Notes: a model not told the origin generated them from the letters alone. A DNA stretch of 64,000 bases from an uncultured Chthonomonadaceae bacterium (GCA_963817895.1 CAWFQB010000003.1:683651-747650); one strand, 5' to 3'; positions 1 to 10,828 are shown, counted from the first letter of the stretch. Translations and numbers: made by a program.

Positions 1-322
1 CATATGCCGACGTGGTCTTGTCGTGACGTGCCAGAACGAGCGCTCGCAGCACAAGAACAAAGCGTTCGCCATGTCCGTGCTGCAAGCGCGTTTGCTGGAA
101 CGCGAACAGCGCGAAAGCGACGAGAAAATGAACGCCATGCGCGGCGAATCCAAAGCCAACGAATGGGGCAATCAGGACCGCTCGTATGTGTTTCAGCCGT
201 ATACAATGGTAAAAGACCACCGCACGGGACAGGAGACCGGCGACGTCATCGGCGTGATGAACGGCAACATTGATCCGTTCCTGCAAGCCTTTTTGCAATG
301 GCAGCAGGGAAAGGGTGAGTAG
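1..322 (+). CDS. prfB: Peptide chain release factor 2, C-terminal part (truncated by window start; apparent 1-nt frameshift near nt 13)
   Basis: HMPT-GLVVTCQNERSQHKNK and WGNQDRSYVFQPYTMVKDHRTG match the RF2 C-terminal signature. Confidence 0.9.
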   Translation, partial: ICRRGLVVTCQNERSQHKNKAFAMSVLQARLLEREQRESDEKMNAMRGESKANEWGNQDRSYVFQPYTMVKDHRTGQETGDVIGVMNGNIDPFLQAFLQWQQGKGE

Positions 323-419
323 GGAGTAGGAGTTGCGACAAACAAATTGTCATGTTGCGCAACCTGTATCAAAAAGGTCCTACTGCTCAATTCTACACTA
401 TATCTCCCGGAGTGAGAAC

Positions 420-1094
420 ATGAACACGCGACAAAACTATAAAACGCGGGCAGTTGGCGTGGCAATGGCGGCGTTGCTGGCGTTGGGGATGGGAACGGCG
501 CGGGCGCAAGGGTATCGCGCTGATGCCGATTTGACCAACAAAGAGATGGGCAGCAATCAGGTGTTGCTGGGCAGTCTGGTTGCGGACGCGCTGCGGGCTT
601 CGGCTAAAACCGATGCGGCCTTTGTTTCCGCGTCCGCGTTTACGGACACGCCTGTTACGGTTTCTCATAACGGCTTTGACCTGCCGGAGATCGTCAAAAC
701 GCTGGAATACAAAGGCGACGCGATTGCGATTGTAAAACTGACGGGGCGGCAAATTCACGACGCGCTGGAACAGAGTTTATACCAGTATCCCACTCGAAAC
801 GTCGGCTTTCTCCAAACTTCCGGGCTGACTGTCAGTTTCAATCCCGCCTCGCCGGGTCTGAAACGGATCGCAAGCATTAAAATCAACGGCAACGCGCTGG
901 ACACGGGGAAGACGTACCGGGTCGCCATGCCCGCGCCACTTGCCAACGGCGCACACGGCTATTTCAAGTTCTGGAAGAAAAGCGACATTGAGAAAACGAC
1001 GGATGTCACGCTGGAAGCCGCCCTGACCGCGTATCTCAACGACCACAAGACTGTTACGAAAGGTGAAGACCGACTTGTTGCCAGCGGCAAATAG
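420..1094 (+). CDS. Secreted 5'-nucleotidase C-terminal-domain protein
   Basis: Signal peptide (ALLALGMGTARA); LGSLVADALR, VKLTGRQIHDALEQS, FLQTSGL and GKTYRVA are typical of 5_nucleotid_C; no metallophosphoesterase domain. Confidence 0.75.
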   Translation: MNTRQNYKTRAVGVAMAALLALGMGTARAQGYRADADLTNKEMGSNQVLLGSLVADALRASAKTDAAFVSASAFTDTPVTVSHNGFDLPEIVKTLEYKGDAIAIVKLTGRQIHDALEQSLYQYPTRNVGFLQTSGLTVSFNPASPGLKRIASIKINGNALDTGKTYRVAMPAPLANGAHGYFKFWKKSDIEKTTDVTLEAALTAYLNDHKTVTKGEDRLVASGK

Positions 1095-1153
1095 GGCGGG
1101 GAAACAGGGGAAGCGCGGCACAGTATCGCGCTTTTCCCATCGGCGCAAGCCCG

Positions 1154-2337
1154 ATGCGCGGCAAGAATTTGCGCCGTGTAATGGGCGTGTTCGCCTGCTT
1201 GCTGTGGCCGCTTGGCGGCTGTCAGAATGGAGACGCAACCCCGGTCACAGCCGCGCATACCGTGACCACCTCGCTGCCGAGTAAACGTACGCCCTGCCGC
1301 CGCGCCCAGCATCAAGCGGTACGCACTGACTACAAATGCGTCGGGAACCTCCTCCGCTTCCGCGTCGTCTGATGGGATAACCAACAAGCCGAAAAAGCGT
1401 CCAACCTTTGATGGCGACGCGGCATATACACTGCTGAAAAAGCAGTGCGATTTCGGGCCGCGATCCACTGGGCAGCGACGCGCACGAGAAGTGCAAAACG
1501 CTGTTGCTGGAAGAGATGAAGAAATACGCGGACGTGACGATTGCCCAAACGTTCAACTATCGCGGCCTGCCCGTTACCAATGTAATCGGTGTCATTTATC
1601 CCGCCGGGTTAAACGCGCCCGCGCAAAATCCGGTACTGCTGATGACGCATTGGGACTCGCGCCCGGTTGCCGACGGCCCCAACTCTTCGGAAGCGTCGAA
1701 ATCCCCCATTTACCATTATGGGCCGAAGGGCTGGAACCGAACCAATCCTATTCCCGCCGCCAATGATGGCGCGTCCGGCGCGGGGGTTCTGCTGCAACTG
1801 GCGAAGATGTTCAAGGCAAAGAGGCCTCCCGTCGGCGTTCTGCTGATTCTTGACGATGGCGAGGATTATGGCGATTTCACGGCGAACAATGGCGAGGGCG
1901 AAGGCGTAGAACTCGGTTCGCGCTATTTCGCCAAACATTTTCAGGAAGACAAGCGGTTCGGCTATCCCGATTACGGTATCCTGCTGGACATGATCGGCGG
2001 CAAAAACCTGCTGCTGCCCCGCGAGGACAACTCCGTGAAAGCCGCGCCGGGAACCCTGACCAAAATCTACCAGGCGGCGCAATCGCTCGGATACAGCAAT
2101 GTGTTTCGTTCCGATTTGAGTTTCAATGTCAATGACGACCATATTGCCCTGATTGCCGCCGGTATCCGCACCGTAGACTTGATTCCATTTTTCGGCAACA
2201 GCGCGCCCGCAGGCGTCAGCTATTATCCCTACTGGCACACGCTGCAGGACACGCCCGACAAATGCTCCGCCGCGTCCCTGAAAATCGTCGGGGAAACCGT
2301 TGCCGAAGTAATTTACAGCGAAACGGCGTCGCCATAA
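1154..2337 (+). CDS. M28-family peptidase / glutaminyl cyclase-like lipoprotein (frameshifted in the 5' part, ~1280-1500)
   Basis: Lipobox LGGC in ORF 1154; PTFDGDAAY..LKKQCDFGPR in an intermediate frame; HWDSRP, ANDGASG, DDGEDYG, LLDMIG, DDH and YWHT in ORF 1504-2337. Confidence 0.8.
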
Positions 2338-2430
2338 GTAGGAAGTGGGGAGTAGGAAAATATGTTCATTAAAAGCATTATTCATGTACACAGAACCTAC
2401 TCCCTACTACCCACTCCCTACTGCCTACTT
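2336..2430. repeat. Inverted pair of degenerate AGTAGG(G/A)-type short tandem repeats around an AT-rich core
   Basis: aagtaggaagtggggagtagg ... cctactccctactacccactccctactgcctactt, starting at the M28 stop codon. Confidence 0.75.
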
Positions 2431-2572
2431 ATGAAACCTTTCACCCTTTGGATTCGTGGTATGTATAGAGATTGCGGCAATTATGCCACAATTTGTAGAA
2501 TAGAAGTGGCGAAAAGCGAAAGCAGAACTTGCAAATCGGGCGAATAAGAATGGCAGCGGAGGAGCGTAAGAG

Positions 2573-2887
2573 ATGTCCAGGGAGGCAGGGCCGCAGGGAC
2601 AGGGGCGCGTCAGCACTTTTCACGAATCGGAACTCAAGATTTGTGAACTGTGCGGCTGGCTGAATTTTGAATCGAATACGGACTGCTTTGTCTGTGGCTG
2701 GCATGGGCATTTCGAGCAGAATCCCGAAGTGGTCCGCGCCGCTGTAGAACTGGCCGTGCGCCGATACGGGCGTTTGGAACTTCAGCATCTGACCGACCCG
2801 CGCACCTACCGCAAACCCGCCCCGCCCACGTTCCGAACCCGCGCCCGCCTGTGGTTCCGCCGCATCTGGAACTGGCTGCGGGGCTGA
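2573..2887 (+). CDS. Hypothetical zinc-ribbon protein
   Basis: CxxC-x10-CxxC (CELC...CFVC); GGAG upstream. Confidence 0.6.
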   Translation: MSREAGPQGQGRVSTFHESELKICELCGWLNFESNTDCFVCGWHGHFEQNPEVVRAAVELAVRRYGRLELQHLTDPRTYRKPAPPTFRTRARLWFRRIWNWLRG

Positions 2888-2893
2888 TAAAAT

Positions 2894-2960
2894 AGGTAGA
2901 TAGTAGATGGGTAGGTAGGTAGGAACACAGTCTACTTATCTACCCATCTACTATCTACCT
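2894..2960. repeat. Hairpin built from GGTAGAT-type repeats between convergent genes (possible bidirectional terminator)
   Basis: 29-nt arms (2894-2922 and 2932-2960) with 2 mismatches. Confidence 0.8.
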
Positions 2961-5195
2961 TCACTATGCGTCAGCACCCAGTGCATATCGTCGCGGGCGA
3001 CTTCATTGATGGCGTGGGTGGATTCGGTATCGAGGCTTAGTGTCTGCTGTAGCAGGATGAGGTACGTCAGGGCAATGCAGATGGCGGCAGGCAGCAAGAC
3101 CCGGCGCATCCCGAGGGTTACAGCGGCAAGGACGGGAACACGCCGCCATAATGCCCACAGGCATAGCCCCGTCACGAGCATCAGAGGCATGGCGCAGGAC
3201 AAAAGCGCCACTTGAAACACGCGCCCGTATGAAATGACCGGTTCCATTCCCATCAGGCTCGTGAGCAGTTGCGCGACGGGATGCAGGCCGCTCAACAGGG
3301 GACGCAAAAACCATAATATCGCCAGATAGGGACTTAACAGGAAGAAGAGAAGCCGCCCCGTTGTACCCCGATGCCACCGTTGCTCCACGCGCCCTGGCTG
3401 CCATTCAGATGAAGTGGCTTCCTCTGACAGTTGAAAGTTCCCCTTCCCTTTTCGCCGCCATTGCCACCATCGGCTCTGAATATTTCCGGCGATAAGGGCA
3501 AACAGGCAGCCGCTCCCGATCAGAAACACAATGGCAAGGCGCGAGGAGAGAAGTCCTGTCAGCAGAAAGAAACCGCTGATAAGAACCATCGCGCTGACAA
3601 GAAACCACCCCGTCAAGCGCATTGCGCGTGGCAGGCGCGTTTGCTTTCGCGCGCTTTTGCGCAGGAGCCACGCCGCCACACCGCTGACCGCCAGCAGCAG
3701 CAGTTGCTGAACCAGACACACGCCCGTCATCCACGAACCGAACAGCGCGATCAGGGGAATACCGGGGGGAATACCCGGATACGAGGCATCGGCGCGGCGC
3801 CCCATCCACCTGCGCCCGCAATTTGCAGCTCTCCTCCACTTCGGTTGTCAGCAGGGTAATCTCGGATAGTTTGCCGTTTGTTCGCAGAAACTCCAGGTAG
3901 CCCTGCGCCTGCTGCTGCCACTGCGCTACGGTGCGGACAGTGGTTTGCCGGGGCGTAGCGTCGTTGTCGCTGGCGGCAATCAGAGTCAAATCCGTGCCGT
4001 AAAGCGCTTCATACGCCCAGGTCGCGGTGTCGCGCAGCAGAGCGCCCAAACGCAGCAGATGATGGCGAATCTGCAAAGCCTCGCGCACGTTGCCCCGACC
4101 GGCCTCCTGATCGGCATGCCAGCGCGCCATTTCGGTCATGCGCCGCAATTCGCGCAGGTGTGGAAACGCGATGATGGATAGCGGCCCGATTTTCTGCGTG
4201 GCCCCGTGATCGCCATAAGCCAGGGAGTACAACCGCCACTGGCCCAGTATCTCCTCGTAAATGTAAGAATCCCACCGTGTTTTCCTGTCACACCGGGCAA
4301 GGGCATCCAGCGCCTGCGTATCCCGTCCCGCCGCGAAATAGGTAGCCGCCAGCATCGCCGGCCAGAACACATTGTCGGGGTCAAGCCGCTCCCCGTTGCT
4401 CAACGCCATCCGCATCAGTTTGACATCGGTATAGCGGGCGGGAATAGTTGAGGAATTTTCGATTTTCGATTTTCGATTTTCGATTGAAGATGCGCTTGTA
4501 TCTTGTATCTTGTATCTTGTATCTACTGTCTCCTTTTCTCCTTTTCTCCTTTTCTCCTTTTCTTCCGCCTGTCCTGCCAGTTCCGCGCGCTGGATGCGGA
4601 CGCGGTCTACCATCATGTAACGGGCGAGATGGGCCTGCGCTCCGGCGGCGACGGGGAAATCATGCGCGACGCGGGTGAGGCGAATCAGCGTGTGGTCGGA
4701 AGTATCTACTGTGTTGTCGGGATGATCTATTTTGGGCGTGGGCGCGGCGCGGACGCCGCCCAATTCGACAAAGGCGGTGGCGCGGCCTACTTGCAGCAGA
4801 TAGTCGTCGGGGAGAGTAGCGGCGGTGGCGTCCAGGCGGGGCGCTTCGCGCAGAGTGCGTTCCGAATCCAGCGACAGCACCCAGGGCAGGCCGTCCTGCG
4901 CAAGGGCAAAGCGCAATTGTGAGCCAAGCGTATAGCGTACCGGCGGCAGCAGGCACAATCCGATGAGGACGCCAAGAGCCATGCCCACCAGCCAGCCGGA
5001 GGGTCTTCGGGCGGCTGTCATGGGAACTTCTGCAGTCGGGGCGTCAACTGCGGCTCGGACATTCGCGGCGTTATCGTCAAACACCCCGGCTGCGCTTTCG
5101 TCGCTCAGGGAAAGCGCGTCATACAGCGCGTTTTCCAGAGCATCGAAAGGAGCGTCCGGGGTGTTATTCTGATGTGGAGGCACGGAAGCGTTCAC
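2951..5195 (-). CDS. Large hypothetical integral membrane protein (frameshift near 3800 joins ORFs 3405-5195 and 2951-3805)
   Basis: N-terminal TM helix, helical soluble region and about 6 C-terminal hydrophobic helices; the two ORFs overlap at RAQVD-GRRADASY. Confidence 0.6.
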
Positions 5196-5248
5196 TATTG
5201 TCTTTCAGTGTGTTGCGGTTCCTGCCGCCAAGGCGTAGCGGGCGTTGT

Positions 5249-5941
5249 TTAGCCGAACGCCCGCGCGCTTGGTAACGCGGAACGGTGTAGATGTTCCGAT
5301 TTGTCAGGAGCCTCCAACTTAGATGGCGGAATTGGCGGCGTCGAACTCGGAAGCGCGGGAACGGTCCTATCCGGCCTTCTGGTTTTCAGAAGCGGGGGGC
5401 CGGGCTGCGGATTGGTCCATAGCAGGGCGGCGCGGGGCGTGGGCGTTTGCAGCAGAGATTCCATCGGAATGGCCGCGTCCGCGCGTTCCCTCTCCTGCGC
5501 CTGTGATTCGATAAACTGCGCGGTTCGGGCGCTTACCGGCGGATGCGAATGAAGGGCGGGCAACAGGAAAAGGGAGGTGAGGGCAACGGCGAGTACGGCC
5601 CCACTGCCAATCTGCGCCAGAAAACTAAATCGCAGCGCGCGGGTTTGCAGTTGCATCCGCTTCCATTGCCGAAATAGCCGGCCCGTTTGCGGCACGGAAT
5701 TCAGCCGGCCCGCCATAACGGTGGCAACCACGCGATTATCAAAGGCAGCAACGGATTCAGAGGTGAGCCGGGGCAGATGATGATCGAACGCGGCTTGCAG
5801 CGCGTTATCGGCTTCGGCGATTTTGCGGCAGGACGCGCAGCTTACGAGATGATCCTGAAGCGTTCCCCACTGGGAAGGAGTGATAGAGCCGTCGGAGCGG
5901 CGCGCGAACAGGACGCGCCAGCGCCAGCAACGGTTAAACAT
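5249..5941 (-). CDS. Zinc-binding anti-sigma factor (zf-HC2) with TM helix
   Basis: HLVSCASC (HxxxCxxC), central TM, overlaps the ECF sigma stop. Confidence 0.75.
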   Translation of the reverse strand: MFNRCWRWRVLFARRSDGSITPSQWGTLQDHLVSCASCRKIAEADNALQAAFDHHLPRLTSESVAAFDNRVVATVMAGRLNSVPQTGRLFRQWKRMQLQTRALRFSFLAQIGSGAVLAVALTSLFLLPALHSHPPVSARTAQFIESQAQERERADAAIPMESLLQTPTPRAALLWTNPQPGPPLLKTRRPDRTVPALPSSTPPIPPSKLEAPDKSEHLHRSALPSARAFG

Positions 5942-6555
5942 GATTGGCCTCCTCTTGAATGGCCGCCCAACGTTGTCGAAACTGTTCGCGGGCGGTATTC
6001 AGCCGCGACCGAACCGTTCCAACAGGAATATTCAATACGAGCGCGATTTCGGCGTATTCCAGCCCCTCCATTTCGCGCAAAACCAGCGCGGCCCGCATCG
6101 GGGCCGACAGCGAGTTCAGCACCTGCTCCACCACAATCCGCTTTTCCATATCGGGATGAGACGACTGCCTGCATGGGCAGTGTTCTCTCTTCCAGCGGCA
6201 GTTCGGCGGACATGCACTTACGGCGCATCCGGTCCAGACAGAGATTAACGACAATACGATACAGCCAGGCGTAAAATCCCGATTCGCCGCGAAATTGGTC
6301 TATTTGCCGAAACGCCTTGACGAACGCTTCCTGGGCAACATCTTCGGCCTCGCGGGAGTTGTGCAGAACATGGGCGGCAAGGCGTACCACGCGGTCACGG
6401 TAGCGATCCAGAATCCAACGAATCGCCCGCTCGTCGCCCAGGGCGCAGCGGTCCAGCCAGGCGCGCTCTTCCCGGCGGTCACTGTTTTCAACATCCGCCG
6501 CGCCCGCGCCCGGAGCCATGATCGATTCCGCTAATTTCCACACGCTGGTAGCCAT
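5934..6555 (-). CDS. ECF RNA polymerase sigma-70 factor (frameshift near 6160)
   Basis: Region 2 AEDVAQEAFVKAF..FYAWLYRIVVNLC; region 4 LREMEGLEYAEIALVLNIPVGTVRSRLNTAR. Confidence 0.9.
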
Positions 6556-6763
6556 GTATGCCTGATTCTCCTTACTCGTACAGACGCGCTGACGCGCTTG
6601 ATTAGTTCGCAGCCTCTCGATAGGTCAGGCTGTCACTATTACACAGCGGACGCTCCGTTACGTATGCCTGCTGACACGTTATTCGAGAATGTGCAGGAAG
6701 ATTCCTGCATGGCCTGTGTCTGTGTGTCTATGTATTTGTGTAGATGTGGGCAGAAGCTCAGTT

Positions 6764-8689
6764 TCAGTTTAGATGTATGCGGCGGTGGAACACATACCAC
6801 TCTATACACAGCAGCAGCAGGGCGGCAAACACCAGATAGGGGAGCCAGTCGCGTTTGGTGAGTACCGTATGGGTTGTAGTCGGCGTGGCGTTCTGGAGAA
6901 TGGTCAGGGTTTTGTGGGGCGTGGTGTCGGACTCGCTTGCGCTGGCAAGGTTGGCGGCAAACCGGGAGGCCGGAACGTTCGGTCCCTCCACTTTGTACAC
7001 GCCCGCCTGATCCGTGTTGTCGAACGCGCCCCCGCCCCGTTCGCCCACGACAATTTCGCGCTTGCTGCCGTCCGGTTTGGTGACGGTCAGGCGTCCCGCA
7101 TTGGGCGGCGCGGGAAGCAGCAGCGTTTCGCCCGTCCGTACCTGCCCCCGTTCGCTATCGTCCCCGCCCGTGCCGAGCCAGCGGACGCTGTTGGAAATAA
7201 AGATAGGGAACGGAACCGTGAGCAGGAAATGCACGGACTTTTCCAGCGAAAAGGCCACAAAGACCGCCCGCATTTTGTTCTTTTCGCCCGCCACAATCAG
7301 CGAACCGGATTCGCCAACCGCCAATTCTTTGCCCCACCCAAGCGGCGAGGCTTTGTACACGCCCAACAGATTCTCGCTGCCGAAGTCCACGTAGCGCAAA
7401 ACGGGATGGTCGCGCTCCACGTCCGCGAATCCCACCCCGTCCATTTCGCCCTCGGATTTGGCGGGGGATTGGTCACTGGCGCAGTGCAGAAACAGATAGT
7501 TGCCTTCGGGCAGATGGGCCGGCGCGGCCTCGTTGAACACAACCACGTCGTAGTCTCTGGCGTGGTCGGCAGGGTACGCCCCCGCTTTGCTCAGGGTGAC
7601 ACCCGGATCAACTTTTAGCGCGTTTTCCAGCCACAGGTTTTCCGTTCCCACCATCAGGACCTTCAGCAGTTTGCGCGGCTGCAAAATCAGCGACGCCTCG
7701 TTGTCTGAGGCCAAATCGTCCTTCACGTCCAGACGGACGCGCATCGCAACGGGCCTGTCCGGTTCCTGCACATCGAACGCTTCCGTGTTTTCGCCGTGCG
7801 CGGGCAGGGTCAATTCGTGCGCGTCGAACAGGTTGTCCTCAATATAAATCTCTTCATTGAACTTTTTGGGCGCGTCGGAAAAGTTGCGGGTGACGACGAG
7901 CAACTGCACGGACTTTTCCCCGCCGATGTTGCGCCGGAAATCCACTGCCGTAATGCCGACGTTATCATGCCCCGCGCCAATGGGATGGAACGAAACATGC
8001 GTTTTGCCAAGATTGAGGTTTGCCAGCGTGTACTGCGGTTCGCCCCCACTCCCGGAATTGCCGCCGGTCGCCTCAAAACCGCCATCGGATACCAGTTCAA
8101 TTTGTCCGGCTTCATTGCTGTTGTGGGCGGCAACCAGTTCCGCGCCGAGATTAAGCGCGTCGCGCATATTGGTGGGCGTGTCGTGGGACTGGAGGCTGTC
8201 TACCGCGCGGCGCAGTTCCGAACGCTCGTTGGTAAAGCCCGTAATCGCTTCCGGGCGCGAATACGCGGACACGACCATCATCAGGTCGCCCGCGCCCATG
8301 CGATTGATAATCTGCTGCGCTTCCCGTTTCGCCGCTTCCAATCGGGAGGGCGCGACATCCGAGGCCCGCATGGACGCGCTTGTATCCACAATCAGGACGA
8401 TGCTGCGCCCCCCGCTGCTCAGGCTGCGGTCGAAGGGACGGGCAAGCGCGAAAATCAGCAGAGTGGCAAGCAGCAGTTGCAGAAACAGGAGGAGGTTTTT
8501 ACGGAGTTTTTGAAAGGGCGCGTTGGCCTGCACGTCGCGGATCACCTGCCGCCATAAATACGTCGAGGAAACAACCACATCCTTGCGCCGCAGTTTCAGG
8601 ATGTACATCAGGACAATCAGGCCGCAGACAAGCGGCAGCCCAAGTGAAAGCGCCCAGCCGGCATTGGGATTGAGGAAGAAACGTTCCAT
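6764..8689 (-). CDS. BatA N-terminal / von Willebrand factor A domain membrane protein
   Basis: MYILKLRRKDVVVSSTYLW..LFLQLLLATLLIFALARP (BatA); MIDAS DTSASM; C-terminal TM LLLCIEW. Confidence 0.85.
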   Translation of the reverse strand: MERFFLNPNAGWALSLGLPLVCGLIVLMYILKLRRKDVVVSSTYLWRQVIRDVQANAPFQKLRKNLLLFLQLLLATLLIFALARPFDRSLSSGGRSIVLIVDTSASMRASDVAPSRLEAAKREAQQIINRMGAGDLMMVVSAYSRPEAITGFTNERSELRRAVDSLQSHDTPTNMRDALNLGAELVAAHNSNEAGQIELVSDGGFEATGGNSGSGGEPQYTLANLNLGKTHVSFHPIGAGHDNVGITAVDFRRNIGGEKSVQLLVVTRNFSDAPKKFNEEIYIEDNLFDAHELTLPAHGENTEAFDVQEPDRPVAMRVRLDVKDDLASDNEASLILQPRKLLKVLMVGTENLWLENALKVDPGVTLSKAGAYPADHARDYDVVVFNEAAPAHLPEGNYLFLHCASDQSPAKSEGEMDGVGFADVERDHPVLRYVDFGSENLLGVYKASPLGWGKELAVGESGSLIVAGEKNKMRAVFVAFSLEKSVHFLLTVPFPIFISNSVRWLGTGGDDSERGQVRTGETLLLPAPPNAGRLTVTKPDGSKREIVVGERGGGAFDNTDQAGVYKVEGPNVPASRFAANLASASESDTTPHKTLTILQNATPTTTHTVLTKRDWLPYLVFAALLLLCIEWYVFHRRIHLN

Positions 8690-8724
8690 CGAGCGTCGCG
8701 CTTTCTATATGTCGGACTTATTTT

Positions 8725-9060
8725 CTAGCGGGAATTGTACAGGTTTTGCGTGATGCCTGTGTCACTCGTTCGGGGAAACCGCGTCTGCTGTTCCAGTTGC
8801 GTCATGCGGCGTTCCAGATTGTGCAGGTTGGTGTCGAAACTCAAATCGTACTGCATGGTGGTGTCGCGCAGGGTTTTGATTTCCTGACGCACGGCGGCAA
8901 ATTCGGCGCGAATGTCTTCCGAAATCACCTGTTGCCGGCGCAGGGACATCTCCTCCATTTTGCGCCGGTGGTGCGTCCAGATCGCCAGCAGAGGAATTGA
9001 CAGGACACCCATTACCGGGATACCCACCACGATTAACAGCACAATCCACACAGGCGGCAT
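8725..9060 (-). CDS. Small membrane-anchored coiled-coil protein (paralog 1)
   Basis: N-terminal TM; LRDTTMQYDLSFD motif shared with the neighbour. Confidence 0.7.
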   Translation of the reverse strand: MPPVWIVLLIVVGIPVMGVLSIPLLAIWTHHRRKMEEMSLRRQQVISEDIRAEFAAVRQEIKTLRDTTMQYDLSFDTNLHNLERRMTQLEQQTRFPRTSDTGITQNLYNSR

Positions 9061-9095
9061 GTCTATACTGCCCTTTCTCAGAATGTGGAGAACAT

Positions 9096-9416
9096 TTAGC
9101 CACCGTTACGCATATTCAGAACGGCTTCTTCCGGCTTGATTGTGGGGCCGAAGGAGGAGTTTTGTTCCACGCGGGCGACGCGCTGCTCGACGCGCTGCAA
9201 GGCCGCGTCAAAACTCAGGTCGTACTGCATGGAGGTTTCGCGCAGCGCCTGTATCTCCTGCCGCAACGCTTCGATTTCTGTATTGGAGTTGCCATTCCCC
9301 TGCTGTAATTGCAAGCGCAATTGCAGCATTTCGCGCTGATGCTTGGTCCACAGGTTCATCAACGGGATGGACATGGGCAGGCCGAAGATACATATAAGGG
9401 CGATAATGGGTATCAT
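9096..9416 (-). CDS. Small membrane-anchored coiled-coil protein (paralog 2)
   Basis: N-terminal TM; LRETSMQYDLSFD motif. Confidence 0.7.
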   Translation of the reverse strand: MIPIIALICIFGLPMSIPLMNLWTKHQREMLQLRLQLQQGNGNSNTEIEALRQEIQALRETSMQYDLSFDAALQRVEQRVARVEQNSSFGPTIKPEEAVLNMRNGG

Positions 9417-9425
9417 AGGTTCTTC

Positions 9426-10169
9426 CTAACTCGTTCTTGCCAGCGCATCCGCCAGCGTTACCGTTCCCGCGTACAACGCCTTGCCGATAATTACGCCGTC
9501 TACATTGGGAGCCGACTGCGCTTGCAGCGTGTGCAGCGCGTCTACGTCCGCAATCGTCGCCACGCCGCCCGAAGCGATCACAGGGATGTTGGGAACCGCC
9601 TGCGCCACTTGCGCGAGGGCGGCGAGATTGACGCCCTTTAACATGCCATCCCGCGCAATATCCGTAAAGATAAACCGCCCCGCGCCCATGCCCGCCAATC
9701 GCTGCACAAAAGCGATGGCTGTTTCGCCGCTGTGTTCCTGCCAGCCATACACGGCCACAATACCGTCCCGCGCATCCACCCCGATAGCGATGTTGTTGCC
9801 GAACCGCGTCAGCAATTCATTCGTCAATTCCGGGTTCTGCGCCGCTGCCGTGCCGACAACCGCGCGAGCCACGCCCAGTTCCAGTATCCGCGTTGCGGCT
9901 TCCAGACTCCGTATGCCGCCGCCCACCTGCACGGGCAGGCCGGTCGCGTCCACGATGCCTTTGATAGCGGCAACATTTTCGTCGCTGGATTGCCCGGTTC
10001 GCGCGCCGTCCAAATCCACGACATGCAGCCAATGCGCCCCCTGATCCTGCCACTTCTGCGCCATCGCGACCGGGTCATCCCCATACGTCGTGACCTGCGC
10101 GAAATCGCCCTGTATCAGCCGAACGCACTTGCCGCCCTTTAAGTCTATCGCGGGGTAAATATCCATCAA
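9426..10169 (-). CDS. hisA: ProFAR isomerase
   Basis: IYPAIDLKGGKCVRL, HVVDLDGA, QVGGGIRS, TDIARDGML, IASGGV. Confidence 0.95.
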   Translation of the reverse strand: MMDIYPAIDLKGGKCVRLIQGDFAQVTTYGDDPVAMAQKWQDQGAHWLHVVDLDGARTGQSSDENVAAIKGIVDATGLPVQVGGGIRSLEAATRILELGVARAVVGTAAAQNPELTNELLTRFGNNIAIGVDARDGIVAVYGWQEHSGETAIAFVQRLAGMGAGRFIFTDIARDGMLKGVNLAALAQVAQAVPNIPVIASGGVATIADVDALHTLQAQSAPNVDGVIIGKALYAGTVTLADALARTS

Positions 10170-10182
10170 TTCCTACTACCTA

Positions 10183-10818
10183 TCACCATTCTATGAAGTT
10201 TCGTAAAATTTGCAGGCCGACTGCGCCGCTTTTTTCCGGGTGGAATTGGGTGGCGGCAACGTTGTCTTTTTCCACCGCGCAGCAGAAGTTGATGCCGTAG
10301 TCACTGGTAGCGGCGACAAGGGAAGCGTCTGCGGGTTCCGGGTAGTAGGAGTGGACGAAGTACACGCGGCTGTCTTCGGCAATGCCGCGCAACAGGCGCG
10401 ATTCGGGGTTGACATGCAGGCTGTTCCAGCCGATATGGGGAACTTTCAGGGCTTTCAACTCCGGGGTCAACTCTTCGAGGGGCGTATCTTCAAAGAATTT
10501 CACGACAGGTCCCGCGAACAGGCCAATACCGGGGGATATGCCCATTTCGGTACTGCTTTCAAACAGCATCTGCATGCCCACGCAAATGCCGAGAAAAGGC
10601 TTGCCGCTCGTGATGCTGCGGCATACGGCCTGCTGTAATCCGCTGTGTTCCAGATTGGTCATGCAGGCGCAGAACGCGCCCACGCCGGGCAGCACCACAT
10701 GATCGGCGCGGTCAATGATAGCCGAGTCACTGGTAATCACCGGTTCGCCCCCCACATACGCCAGCGCCTTTTCCACGCTGCGCAGATTCGCCATGCCGTA
10801 GTCTACGATTGCAATCAT
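10183..10818 (-). CDS. hisH: Imidazole glycerol phosphate synthase glutaminase subunit
   Basis: IAIVDYGMANLRSV, LPGVGAF, GICVGMQ, QFHPEKS. Confidence 0.95.
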   Translation of the reverse strand: MIAIVDYGMANLRSVEKALAYVGGEPVITSDSAIIDRADHVVLPGVGAFCACMTNLEHSGLQQAVCRSITSGKPFLGICVGMQMLFESSTEMGISPGIGLFAGPVVKFFEDTPLEELTPELKALKVPHIGWNSLHVNPESRLLRGIAEDSRVYFVHSYYPEPADASLVAATSDYGINFCCAVEKDNVAATQFHPEKSGAVGLQILRNFIEW

Positions 10819-10828
10819 AGTTTTATCC

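Noticed and set aside
1..30. Programmed prfB frameshift
   Set aside because: The known RF2 frameshift is at CTT-TGA near the N-terminus; this shift is in the C-terminal part and looks like an indel error
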